A DNA stretch of 64,000 nt from assembly GCA_018647945.1 (NCBI GenBank), contig JABGSE010000034.1, positions 3,380 through 67,379 on the forward strand, given 5' to 3'. Under the pieces are notes generated by a model that was not told the DNA's origin, made no database searches, and was given only the letters and a program-made list of their open reading frames with translations. The number at the start of each line of letters is the position of its first letter. The first letter of the stretch is position 1. This document shows, piece after piece, positions 49,500-58,470 of this stretch. A program made the translations under genes and the position numbers. The stretch is from Flavobacteriales bacterium. GTDB lineage: Bacteria; Bacteroidota; Bacteroidia; Flavobacteriales; BACL11.

Positions 49500-50337
49500 T
49501 TATTGCAGATTTACCAAGTTCCAATTGAGTGATGATTGGGTACTTTATTTTGCTATCTGCAATCTCAATTCTACTGGTGTTTGGTGGTGAAGTGCCCAGA
49601 TTAGTGGCTTTTATTTCAATCGTGTTTTCACCTTCCTTAAGTTTGTATTTTATTTTTTTTCTTTTCCTCTTTGTTTTAAAATCTTTTAGTATTCCTTTTC
49701 CATTAATAATTAAATCTATTTTATCTCCATCTTCCATGTTTGCATCCCAAATATAGATTATTATTTTATCAGAATTCCACTGAATAAACATGTCATCACC
49801 ATCTTTTAATATTTTGGTTTCTAAAACAATATTTTCCTTTTCTTTCTTCTTTTGTTTTTCAATTTTCTTTTCTACTTTTTTCTGTATTTTTTCTACTTTC
49901 TTTTCCAACTTTTCTTTCTCCATCATTATTATTTTTCCACTAGCACATTTTTCTCCATTGGTGAAATATCCAGTAAATTCTCCTTCCATTCTTTTTAGAC
50001 TGAATTTGCCAACTTCTTTTATTTCCATATGTATGTAACAGAAAGTATTTAAATCAGCTTCAGAGTTTGTTTCTAAAACCTGAGATTCTTTTAAGGAATA
50101 TGATTTTTCATTTCTATTGTAAGTTCCACTTATATCTGATTTAGTCTGGTCAGAAGTTCCTTTTCCTGTTATGGAAAATCCATTAACAATTCCTCCTTTC
50201 TCTGTAAGTTCAATTTCAAAAGAAAGTGGTGTTCCATTGTTTAAAGTTAAAAGTCCACTATAATTAATCTTATGCATTTTTTGTGCCGAAATATTAATTG
50301 AAAATAATAGAATTAGGATAAAGAAAAAATCTCTCAT
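49483..50337 (-). CDS. Secreted two-domain protein with K/E-rich central linker, function unknown
   Basis: Signal peptide, with a TATTTTTG box 4 nt upstream of the ATG. The central segment is EKEKLEKKVEKIQKKVEKKIEKQKKKEKE. Confidence 0.6.
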   Translation of the reverse strand: MRDFFFILILLFSINISAQKMHKINYSGLLTLNNGTPLSFEIELTEKGGIVNGFSITGKGTSDQTKSDISGTYNRNEKSYSLKESQVLETNSEADLNTFCYIHMEIKEVGKFSLKRMEGEFTGYFTNGEKCASGKIIMMEKEKLEKKVEKIQKKVEKKIEKQKKKEKENIVLETKILKDGDDMFIQWNSDKIIIYIWDANMEDGDKIDLIINGKGILKDFKTKRKRKKIKYKLKEGENTIEIKATNLGTSPPNTSRIEIADSKIKYPIITQLELGKSAIIKILK

Positions 50338-50341
50338 GTCA

Positions 50342-50349
50342 CAAAAATA
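50342..50349 (-). promoter_or_regulatory. -7 box TATTTTTG, 4 nt before ATG 50337
   Basis: Exact TAnnTTTG on the minus strand. Spacer TGAC, then ATG. Confidence 0.5.
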
Positions 50350-50425
50350 CTAAACACAAACTGATTTATTATGCTTGGCATAATACTTTATATTTTATTG
50401 TTTTACTTTGTAAAAAAATAGAGAT

Positions 50426-50719
50426 TTGAAAAAGTTTAGTTTAATTTTACTGATAATGATATCAAAATTATCTTTTGCTTCTTTTCCAGTTGCAGAAAAA
50501 ACTACTGAACCAGAACCAGTGACTCCTGAGTATTTTATAATACTTGTTGTATTAATTGCTGTAAGAATTGCAAGAAGTTTTCATTACAAAAAAAAATATG
50601 GCACTTTTTATAAGCCTTGGAGTTCTTACCCAGAATGGTTGAGAAAATATTGGTGGGTTATCTTATTAGGATTTTTTGGGATTATGGTTCTTGGAATGTC
50701 TGCAATGTATATGGGGTGA
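50426..50719 (+). CDS. Small membrane protein (TTG start)
   Basis: 97 aa. The TTG start gives a canonical signal-peptide N-terminus (MKKFSLILLIMISKLSFA). Two further hydrophobic helices follow. Confidence 0.45.
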   Translation: MKKFSLILLIMISKLSFASFPVAEKTTEPEPVTPEYFIILVVLIAVRIARSFHYKKKYGTFYKPWSSYPEWLRKYWWVILLGFFGIMVLGMSAMYMG

Positions 50720-50750
50720 GATTAGTTATCTAAAATTTATCCTTTTCCTA

Positions 50751-51698
50751 TCATTGTTTTATTACCTTCAGATAATGTACTTGTAATTCATTTATTTTTA
50801 AAGCAATAAAATAATGTCCATTTGGCAGTTTGCTATCTGCTTCCCATGTTATATTGTATTTTTCAGGGCTTAATTGTTGTTCGTCAAGTTGTGCTACTAT
50901 TCTCCCGTGTATATCATAAACAAATACACTTACTTTTGCTTGTAGAAAAACACCATATTTTATTTCTACTCTATCGTTAAATGGGTTCGGGCTTGCACTA
51001 TAGATTATTCCCTTATCTAAATGTATGTTACTGGCTCCAACTGAAACTCCATCTCCATTTATTACAATATCCCAACTCCCTTCCAAATCTCCATTTGAGT
51101 TAGTGGTAAGTGGAATAATTCGGTTAGTAGCATCATAAGTTCCTGAAGTAATAGAGGCAGCAGCATCAGATGCAATATAAGGATCCCCTGCAAAATAAAG
51201 TTGAGTAATTAGTGTAGGAAAATTAGGAGGTGTAATTTTAAAGTGAAAATGTGATGGGCGATAAGTAGCTCCATTCAAGTATAATCCAGGTTTAATGGTT
51301 TCAAAAACATAAAAACCTTGAGAGTTAGTAGTAGTTTTTCCTCTAAGGTTATATCCTGAATTATCATAATCTCCATCATCATTGGCATGCCATATGTCAA
51401 TTTCAGTATTAGGTATTACCTCCGAACATTCAAGATTATATACTTGACCACTTAAAATAAGTCGTGTACCAATCTCATTGCTGTCAGCAAGCATGTTATT
51501 TTGGATTGAAGGAGCATTAGCCGTGTAAAAAGGACCTTGCCCATAAGCATCTTCAGTAGATTCATCACATAAAATAGGAGATTTTAGCTTAATTGATGCG
51601 GTTGTTTTTGCAATAACTGGAAGAATACCAAATGATAAAGCTGCTAAGGATGTATTTCTTAAAAATTGTCTTCTACTATCTTTCTTCTTTTTTTCCAT
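50751..51698 (-). CDS. Intradiol ring-cleavage dioxygenase-like protein with Tat signal and T9SS C-terminal sorting domain
   Basis: Twin-arginine motif SRRQFLRN. Dioxygenase core IDIWHANDDGDY and YRPSHFHFKI. The C-terminal ~80 aa (SPNPFNDRVEIKY...VYDIHGRIV...LPNGHYFIALK) are typical of the T9SS type A CTD. I prefer the ATG at 51698; the track's TTG at 51713 is the alternative. Confidence 0.8.
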   Translation of the reverse strand: MEKKKKDSRRQFLRNTSLAALSFGILPVIAKTTASIKLKSPILCDESTEDAYGQGPFYTANAPSIQNNMLADSNEIGTRLILSGQVYNLECSEVIPNTEIDIWHANDDGDYDNSGYNLRGKTTTNSQGFYVFETIKPGLYLNGATYRPSHFHFKITPPNFPTLITQLYFAGDPYIASDAAASITSGTYDATNRIIPLTTNSNGDLEGSWDIVINGDGVSVGASNIHLDKGIIYSASPNPFNDRVEIKYGVFLQAKVSVFVYDIHGRIVAQLDEQQLSPEKYNITWEADSKLPNGHYFIALKINELQVHYLKVIKQ

Positions 51699-51797
51699 AA
51701 GAGTGATTTTCAAATTTCTATATTACTATATTACAATAGTACAAAATATTCTTCATTGTTCTATAAATCAAAATTTAATATCTTATGTATTCAGATT

Positions 51798-53123
51798 CTA
51801 TTCTATCAACTCTCCAAACTCCATTCCCTCAAAATTTCCTGAACTCATCATGAGTAAATTTTGATTTTTCCAATTTAAATTTTTAAGATATTTCTCTAGT
51901 TTTTTTGCATCTGTAAAAACCAACAAGTCTTTACGATTAAAAGCAGTGAGTACAAGGTCAGTTGTAATAGGGTCTAGTTTTTTATGGGTTATTGCTAGTG
52001 GGCTAAAATAAACGATTGCTATATCAGGCTCATCCATACAACCATTATATTGTTGTAGAAAATCCTCATTTAAACTACTAAAAGTGTATAGTTCCATACA
52101 AGCTACAAGTTCTCTATCTTTAAATTGTTTTTTCATTGCTGAGGATGTGGCTTTGAGTTTAGAAGGGGAATGTGCGAAATCCTTATAAATAGCAGAAGTA
52201 TTTGTTTTCTTGACTAATTCTAATCTATTACTTGCTCCTTTAAAAGTTGATATCTGATGGAAGAAATCTTCTTCAGAAACACCAAGTTCTTTACAAACTA
52301 ATTTGGCAGCATTTAGGTTTTGCAAGTTGTGATTACCAAAAATTAATAGTTCTGTTTTATCTACAGATGTTATTCCATTATTTATTTCATATTCTGGTGT
52401 AGAATAAGTTATCAATTTACATTTTGTATCTTCATTAGTAAGTTTGATTAACTCTACATCTTCCGTGCAGTAAATTAAAGTGTCTTTCACCATATTCTTA
52501 AAAATCCGGAACTGATCAACATACATTTCAAAAGTAGGAAATACATTTATATGATCCCAAGCAATACCACTAAGTACAGCAATATGTGGTTTGTACAAAT
52601 GAAACTTTGGTCGTCTGTCAATTGGGGAACTTAGGTATTCATCACCTTCTAAAATAATAATAGGTGACTCATGTGTTAGTTTTACCATAGTATCGAATCC
52701 TTCTAATTGAGCTCCAACCATATAATCGCAATCAATATTTAAATTTTGTAATACATGTAAAATCATTGCTGTGATGGAAGTTTTCCCATGGCTGCCGCCA
52801 ATTACAACTCGTTTTTTATTTTTAGATTGTTCGTAAATATATTCAGGATAAGAGTAAATAGGAATGTTTAGTTCTTTTGCTTTGGAAAGTTCTGGGTTGT
52901 CCTCTCTGGCATGCATTCCTAAAATAATTGCATCCAAATTTTTTGTTATTTTTTCAGGAAACCAACCCATTTTTTCTGGAAGTAATCCGTATTTTTCTAA
53001 TCTATCTTTACTAGGACTGAAAATAGCGTCATCCGATCCTGTAATTGTGTATCTTTTATGGTGCAAAGCAAGTGCCATATTGTGCATGGCACTACCTCCA
53101 ATTGCAATTAAATGTATGTTCAT
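51798..53123 (-). CDS. mpl: UDP-N-acetylmuramate:L-alanyl-gamma-D-glutamyl-meso-DAP ligase (murein peptide ligase)
   Basis: Mur-ligase layout with N-terminal IHLIAIGGSAMHNMA and ATP site GGSHGKTS. 441 aa. Confidence 0.8.
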   Translation of the reverse strand: MNIHLIAIGGSAMHNMALALHHKRYTITGSDDAIFSPSKDRLEKYGLLPEKMGWFPEKITKNLDAIILGMHAREDNPELSKAKELNIPIYSYPEYIYEQSKNKKRVVIGGSHGKTSITAMILHVLQNLNIDCDYMVGAQLEGFDTMVKLTHESPIIILEGDEYLSSPIDRRPKFHLYKPHIAVLSGIAWDHINVFPTFEMYVDQFRIFKNMVKDTLIYCTEDVELIKLTNEDTKCKLITYSTPEYEINNGITSVDKTELLIFGNHNLQNLNAAKLVCKELGVSEEDFFHQISTFKGASNRLELVKKTNTSAIYKDFAHSPSKLKATSSAMKKQFKDRELVACMELYTFSSLNEDFLQQYNGCMDEPDIAIVYFSPLAITHKKLDPITTDLVLTAFNRKDLLVFTDAKKLEKYLKNLNWKNQNLLMMSSGNFEGMEFGELIE

Positions 53124-53169
53124 TTGTTAAATAATTTCGGAAACTAAATTAAAGATAAAATTCATTTCT

Positions 53170-53177
53170 TATTTTTG
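53170..53177 (+). promoter_or_regulatory. -7 box TATTTTTG upstream of the MBL-fold hydrolase gene
   Basis: Exact TAnnTTTG, 20 nt before ATG 53198. Confidence 0.45.
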
Positions 53178-53197
53178 GAGCAACAAAAATTACTAAC

Positions 53198-54040
53198 ATG
53201 CAATTGTACACAATAGATACAGGATATTTTAAATTAGATGGAGGAGCAATGTTTGGTGTGGTTCCAAAAGTTTTGTGGAGTAGAACCAATCCTGCTGATG
53301 AAAGTAATTTATGTCCTTGGGCCATGAGGTCGTTACTGATAGAAGATGGAGATAGATTGATTCTGATTGATAACGGAATAGGAGATAAGCAAGATGATAA
53401 ATTCCTAAAACATTATTATTTACATGGAGATGTAAATCTACATTCGTCACTTGCAAAACATGGTTTTTCTGCAAATGACGTAACAGATGTGTTTTTAACT
53501 CACTTACATTTTGACCATTGTGGAGGGAGTGTAAAATGGAATAAAGATAAAAGTGGTTTTGAAATGGTTTTTAAAAATGCGAAATATTGGACTAACATAG
53601 ATCATTGGAAGTGGGCTACAGTTCCTAATAATAGAGAAAAGGTTTCATTTTTAAGGGAAAATATTATTCCAATTGAGGAAGCTGGTCATCTTAATTTTGT
53701 AGAAAATGAGAATAGAATTTTCAATAATTTTGATGCACTATTTGTAAACGGCCATACAGAAGCACAAATGATTCCTCATATAAACTACAATGGAAAAACC
53801 ATAGTATTTGCGGCCGATTTACTGCCAAGTACAGGTCATATCCCCCTTCCGTATGTTATGGGATACGATACTAAACCACTAGTAACCTTATCGGAGAAAG
53901 AAAAATTCTTGAATGAGGCGGCCGAACGAGAATACATTATATTTTTGCAACACGATAATTATAGTGAGTGTTGTACCGTACAAAAAACAGAAAAAGGAAT
54001 TCGATTAAAAGATACCTTCTCACTATCAGAAATACTATAA
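53198..54040 (+). CDS. MBL-fold metallo-hydrolase
   Basis: Metal-binding motif HLHFDHCGG (HxHxDH). 280 aa. Confidence 0.8.
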   Translation: MQLYTIDTGYFKLDGGAMFGVVPKVLWSRTNPADESNLCPWAMRSLLIEDGDRLILIDNGIGDKQDDKFLKHYYLHGDVNLHSSLAKHGFSANDVTDVFLTHLHFDHCGGSVKWNKDKSGFEMVFKNAKYWTNIDHWKWATVPNNREKVSFLRENIIPIEEAGHLNFVENENRIFNNFDALFVNGHTEAQMIPHINYNGKTIVFAADLLPSTGHIPLPYVMGYDTKPLVTLSEKEKFLNEAAEREYIIFLQHDNYSECCTVQKTEKGIRLKDTFSLSEIL

Positions 54041-54049
54041 AGAAATAAA

Positions 54050-54274
54050 ATGAGTAAAAATATTTTTACAAAACACCCCAAAACAGTTGGAGAATCCTAT
54101 TTTCAACATTTCAGACATGCATTAAGTTTTTCGTGTTTGTTATTTTCCTTGAGTTTTAAAGCTTTAGTTCATGCAATTTTCCCTTTTTGCTACGAAACGG
54201 CAGTAAGCGAAAAAATTAAATCACTAAGTGAGGGAATGCAAAAAAGAAGAGAGCGGTCTACAAAAGAGAGTTAA
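54050..54274 (+). CDS. Small conserved hypothetical membrane protein (DUF6356-like)
   Basis: 74 aa. The N-terminal THPKTVGESYFQHFRHALSFS pattern is followed by a hydrophobic helix. Confidence 0.5.
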   Translation: MSKNIFTKHPKTVGESYFQHFRHALSFSCLLFSLSFKALVHAIFPFCYETAVSEKIKSLSEGMQKRRERSTKES

Positions 54275-54467
54275 AAACATTCCAACTCTCTTTAAAGTTT
54301 GTAGTTTCATCTATTTCGTTTTTGTTATCTTTATCTCTGTAAAGAGTAATGCTTTCTCCATTCTTGGTGGTTACCGAAATAGTTTCAAAATTATTTATAT
54401 CCGATCCTTTTGGTAGGACTTTTTGAAAACCAATTTTTTCAAAAGAAGATATTTTTTTTTCAGACAT
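54258..54467 (-). CDS. Hypothetical 69-aa protein
   Basis: ATG ORF with protein-like composition. A TAAATTTG box lies 17 nt upstream. Its 3' end overlaps the convergent gene by 17 nt. Confidence 0.45.
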   Translation of the reverse strand: MSEKKISSFEKIGFQKVLPKGSDINNFETISVTTKNGESITLYRDKDNKNEIDETTNFKESWNVFNSLL

Positions 54468-54484
54468 CTATTTTAATTTCGTTC

Positions 54485-54492
54485 CAAATTTA
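54485..54492 (-). promoter_or_regulatory. -7 box TAAATTTG upstream of the 69-aa ORF
   Basis: Exact TAnnTTTG on the minus strand, 17 nt before ATG 54467. Confidence 0.4.
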
Positions 54493-54544
54493 TAAAATCT
54501 TTTTCTAATACGTATATTTTTATCTATTGTTCTTTTAAATATTC

Positions 54545-54552
54545 TATTTTTG
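54545..54552 (+). promoter_or_regulatory. -7 box TATTTTTG upstream of the radical SAM gene
   Basis: Exact TAnnTTTG, 9 nt before ATG 54562. Confidence 0.45.
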
Positions 54553-54561
54553 CCACCGAAT

Positions 54562-55497
54562 ATGGAAATAGAAAAAAGATATAACGATTTCAGTTCCTTT
54601 ATTAGAAGGAAATTTAATGGTAGAGTACAAAAAGTATCGATAGATGCTGGATTTACTTGCCCAAATAAAGATGGCACTAAAGGAGTGGGAGGATGTACTT
54701 ATTGCAATAACAATACTTTTAATCCGGATTATTGCAAACCCATAAAACCCATAAAGCAGCAAATTGAGGAGGGGATTGTATTCTTTTCTAAAAAGTATAA
54801 AACACAAAAATATTTGGCCTATTTTCAAGCTTTTACCAATACTTACGCTCCCCTTGCAGATTTGAAAAAGATGTATGAGGAAGCTCTTTCTCATCCGGAT
54901 GTAATTGGTTTGGTTATTGCAACTCGTCCCGATTCTATTAAGGATGAGGTATTGGACTATCTGGAGGAATTAGCGGCTAAAGATTATTTTATAAAATTAG
55001 AGTTTGGATTAGAATCCACCAAAAATGAAACGCTGGTAGAAATAAACAGATGTCAAACACATGAAGAAGCGATTGATGCATTTAAGAGGGCAGATGGTAG
55101 AGGTTTACATTTAGGAGGACACCTTATTTTAGGACTTCCTGGAGAAACAAAAGAAGATATGTTAAATCATGCTAGGAAGGTTTCTCATCTACCAATGAAT
55201 ACGCTTAAAATACACCATTTGCAGATTGTAAAACATACTATGATGGCCGTTCAGTTTAAGAAAAATCCTGAGATGTTTACCTTTATGGAGTTAGATGAAT
55301 ACATTGATTTGGTAGTAGATTTTCTGGAAATATTAAACCCTGAAATTATTGTAGAACGATTTTTTAGCGAATCTCCTGCTCGTATGTTAATTTACCCAAA
55401 ATATGGTTTAAAGAATTTTGAAGTAAAACATTTGGTGGAAAAAAGATTGGAAGAAAGAGAAGCTGTACAAGGGAGGTTATTTGAAATCTCTAAATAA
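54562..55497 (+). CDS. TIGR01212-family radical SAM protein
   Basis: Motif CPNKDGTKGVGGCTYCNN. I prefer the ATG at 54562 because the track's TTG at 54550 lies inside a TATTTTTG box. Confidence 0.85.
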   Translation: MEIEKRYNDFSSFIRRKFNGRVQKVSIDAGFTCPNKDGTKGVGGCTYCNNNTFNPDYCKPIKPIKQQIEEGIVFFSKKYKTQKYLAYFQAFTNTYAPLADLKKMYEEALSHPDVIGLVIATRPDSIKDEVLDYLEELAAKDYFIKLEFGLESTKNETLVEINRCQTHEEAIDAFKRADGRGLHLGGHLILGLPGETKEDMLNHARKVSHLPMNTLKIHHLQIVKHTMMAVQFKKNPEMFTFMELDEYIDLVVDFLEILNPEIIVERFFSESPARMLIYPKYGLKNFEVKHLVEKRLEEREAVQGRLFEISK

Positions 55498-55647
55498 TTT
55501 TTCGGCACCCATCCAAATTAAAATTATAGGCCAATAGGTTTTAATTAAATGTCCAACAGAGAAATCTTTTATAATTCCTAGGTTGTCCAATAAGAATAAT
55601 ACACCTAGTACAATTAAAAATAAGGAAATTCCGATACTTTTTTTCAT
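55477..55647 (-). CDS. 56-aa two-helix membrane miniprotein (LiaF/DUF5668-like N-terminal pattern)
   Basis: Hand-translated: MKKSIGISLFLIVLGVLFLLDNLGIIKDFSVGHLIKTYWPIILIWMGAEKLFRDFK, below the ORF-track cutoff. Its 3' end overlaps the convergent radical SAM gene by 21 nt. Confidence 0.5.
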   Translation of the reverse strand: MKKSIGISLFLIVLGVLFLLDNLGIIKDFSVGHLIKTYWPIILIWMGAEKLFRDFK

Positions 55648-55674
55648 CTTTTAAATTTTTACTAAAGTAATAAT

Positions 55675-55682
55675 TATATTTG
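55675..55682 (+). promoter_or_regulatory. -7 box TATATTTG upstream of ettA
   Basis: Exact TAnnTTTG, 20 nt before ATG 55703. Confidence 0.5.
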
Positions 55683-55702
55683 TAAACTCAAAATAAATTA
55701 AT

Positions 55703-57394
55703 ATGTCAGACGATAAAAAAATAATTTTCTCAATGGTAGGACTTTCTAAGTCCTACAATAACAACAACAAACAAGTTTTGAAAGATATTTATTTGTCTTT
55801 TTTCTATGGAGCCAAAATCGGTATTATTGGATTAAATGGTTCTGGTAAATCCACACTTTTAAAGATAATTGCTGGGGTAGAAAAACAATTTCAAGGAGAT
55901 ATTCATTTTAAAGGAGAACATACAATTGGTTATTTGGAGCAAGAACCAAAATTAGATGACACAAAAACGGTAATGGATATTGTAAAAGAAGGAGCAAAAG
56001 AGCAAGTGGAACTTTTAGAAGAATACAATAAAATAAATGATCTTTTCGGTCTTCCTGAATATTATGAAGATGCAGATAAGATGGAAGAATTGATGAAAAA
56101 ACAAGGAAATCTGCAAGATCAAATTGATGCAACAAATGCTTGGGACCTGGAAACAAAACTAAATATTGCAATGGACGCACTTAGGTGTCCGCCTGCAGAT
56201 GCAAGTATCGAGCATCTTTCTGGAGGGGAAAAAAGAAGAGTTGCCCTTTGCAGATTATTGTTACAAGAACCAGATATTTTATTATTAGATGAGCCGACTA
56301 ACCATTTGGATGCCGAATCGGTGCAGTGGTTGGAACAACATTTACAACAATATAAAGGAACCGTAATTGCCATTACTCACGATAGATACTTTTTAGATAA
56401 TGTAGCGGGTTGGATTCTAGAATTGGATAGAGGAGAGGGAATTCCTTGGGAAGGAAATTATTCTACTTGGTTAGATCAGAAATCAAAAAGATTGGCACAA
56501 GAAGAAAAAACAGCATCTAAAAGAAGAAAAACACTAGAAAGAGAGTTGGATTGGGTTCGTATGACTCCAAAAGGAAGACATGCAAAATCGAAAGCCAGAT
56601 TGAGTAATTATGAAAACCTATTGTCTGAAAAAGGGAAAGAGAAAGAGGAAAAATTAGAGTTATACATTCCTCCCGGACCAAGATTGGGAAACAATGTAAT
56701 TGATGCAGAAGGCGTGAGCAAAGCATTTGGAGATAAGTTGTTGTATGAAGATTTAAATTTCAAACTTCCTCCTGCAGGAATTGTAGGGATTATTGGTCCC
56801 AATGGTGCGGGTAAAACTACTTTGTTCCGTATGATCATGGGGCAAGAAACTCCTGATAATGGAAATTTTACCGTAGGGAAAACAGTTAAGATTGCTTATG
56901 TAGATCAGCAGCATATGGCAATTGATATGGAAAAAACAATTTGGGAACAGATTTCTGGGGGACAAGAACAAATAAATATGGGAGGGAAGTTGATGAACTC
57001 TCGTGCTTATGTTGCAAGATTTAATTTTAATGGTTCCGACCAAAATAAAAAAGTAGGAGTTCTTTCTGGAGGGGAACGTAACAGATTGCATCTTGCCATG
57101 ACTTTACAAGAAGAGGCGAATGTACTTTTACTAGATGAGCCAACAAATGATTTGGATATAAATACATTAAGATCGTTAGAAGAAGGTTTGGATAACTTTG
57201 CAGGTTGTGCCGTAATTATTTCTCACGATAGATGGTTTTTGGATAGAGTTTGTACTCACATTTTAGCTTTTGAAGGAGATTCGAAAGTAGTGTATTTTGA
57301 AGGTGGCTTTTCTGATTATGAAGAAAACCGTAAGAAAAGGTTGGGAGATAAATCACCAACAAGAATTAAGTATAAGAAGTTAATTAGAGATTAA
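55703..57394 (+). CDS. ettA: Energy-dependent translational throttle protein EttA (ABC-F ATPase)
   Basis: Two Walker A motifs (GLNGSGKST, GPNGAGKTT) and two ABC signatures (LSGGEKRR, LSGGERNR). No TM domain. 563 aa. Confidence 0.95.
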   Translation: MSDDKKIIFSMVGLSKSYNNNNKQVLKDIYLSFFYGAKIGIIGLNGSGKSTLLKIIAGVEKQFQGDIHFKGEHTIGYLEQEPKLDDTKTVMDIVKEGAKEQVELLEEYNKINDLFGLPEYYEDADKMEELMKKQGNLQDQIDATNAWDLETKLNIAMDALRCPPADASIEHLSGGEKRRVALCRLLLQEPDILLLDEPTNHLDAESVQWLEQHLQQYKGTVIAITHDRYFLDNVAGWILELDRGEGIPWEGNYSTWLDQKSKRLAQEEKTASKRRKTLERELDWVRMTPKGRHAKSKARLSNYENLLSEKGKEKEEKLELYIPPGPRLGNNVIDAEGVSKAFGDKLLYEDLNFKLPPAGIVGIIGPNGAGKTTLFRMIMGQETPDNGNFTVGKTVKIAYVDQQHMAIDMEKTIWEQISGGQEQINMGGKLMNSRAYVARFNFNGSDQNKKVGVLSGGERNRLHLAMTLQEEANVLLLDEPTNDLDINTLRSLEEGLDNFAGCAVIISHDRWFLDRVCTHILAFEGDSKVVYFEGGFSDYEENRKKRLGDKSPTRIKYKKLIRD

Positions 57395-58470
57395 CTATTC
57401 TGAGTTTTTCTCAGAAGAAATATTCCTAAAATAATATAGATGATATTTGGTATCCAAACAGCAATCCATGGATGCAAGTCGCCATTTGTAGCAAGTGTGG
57501 AAGAAAACTGGAAAAATAATATATAGGAGAAACTTATAAGAAGTCCTAATCCTAAATGAAGTCCAATCCCCCCTTTTATTTTTTTACTAGATAAGGAGAC
57601 AGCAATAATAGTAAGTATAATTGCAGAAAAAGGAAAGGCAATTCTTTTGTGTTTCTCAATTTTGTAATATACCGTATTTGTGGTTCCTTTCAATTCTTCT
57701 TGTTTTATGTATTTGTTCAGTTCAAAAAGTTTCATGCTTTGTGCCAAGTTTTTTTGTTTTATAAAATCAGTTGGTTTTAATGCAAATACAGAATCTAATA
57801 CTATTCCCTTGCTAAATATTTCTCCTTCTCCCTTAAATTCTCTGATTTCATAATTATTGAGTTTCCATTTTTTCAAATCCGAATCCCATTGTATGTATTG
57901 AGCTCTTAGTTTGGAAATTAGTTTTCCATTTTTATAATTTTCCAACGAAAATTTATATCCAATATCTCTTTGTGTGTTGTAGCTTTCAAGATAAATGTAT
58001 TGATCTTTCTTTATTTGAATATGTATGTTTTTATCTACACTTACCCTACTTTTTTTAAAGTATTTATTTTCAAAATCTATTCTGTTTTTGTTAGATATAG
58101 GAATAATAAAACTCCCTAAAATAAAAGAAAATGTAGCCAGAAAAATAGATGAAATAATAAAAGGACGGAGGAATCTTTTAAAACTCATTCCGCTATTGTA
58201 AATGGCAATTATTTCGGTATTGTTTGCCATTTTGGAAGTGAAAAATACAACTGAAATAAAAATAAATAGAGGAGAAAACAGATTGGCAAAATAGGGGATA
58301 AAGTGAAGATAGTATTTGGATATTATTGTGAATATACTTAAATCATGTTCCATAAAATCATCAATCTTTTCGGAAATATCAATAACAATTACTACTAGTA
58401 AAAGTAGAGTAAGAGTGTAAAAAAATGTTCCTAAAAACTTCTTGATGATATACCAATCAATTTTTTTCAT
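57391..58470 (-). CDS. LptF/LptG-family LPS export permease
   Basis: 359 aa. Starts KKIDWYIIKKFLGTFFYTL, then three TM helices, a periplasmic beta-jellyroll region and three more TM helices. Confidence 0.85.
   Translation of the reverse strand: MKKIDWYIIKKFLGTFFYTLTLLLLVVIVIDISEKIDDFMEHDLSIFTIISKYYLHFIPYFANLFSPLFIFISVVFFTSKMANNTEIIAIYNSGMSFKRFLRPFIISSIFLATFSFILGSFIIPISNKNRIDFENKYFKKSRVSVDKNIHIQIKKDQYIYLESYNTQRDIGYKFSLENYKNGKLISKLRAQYIQWDSDLKKWKLNNYEIREFKGEGEIFSKGIVLDSVFALKPTDFIKQKNLAQSMKLFELNKYIKQEELKGTTNTVYYKIEKHKRIAFPFSAIILTIIAVSLSSKKIKGGIGLHLGLGLLISFSYILFFQFSSTLATNGDLHPWIAVWIPNIIYIILGIFLLRKTQNS

Noticed and set aside
49838-49925. Repetitive TTTCTTTTC-type DNA that looked like a tandem repeat
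   Set aside because: It is the reverse complement of Lys/Glu codons (KKVEKIQKKVEKKIEKQKKKEKE) inside a coding region. This is low-complexity coding sequence, not a structured repeat or CRISPR-like array.
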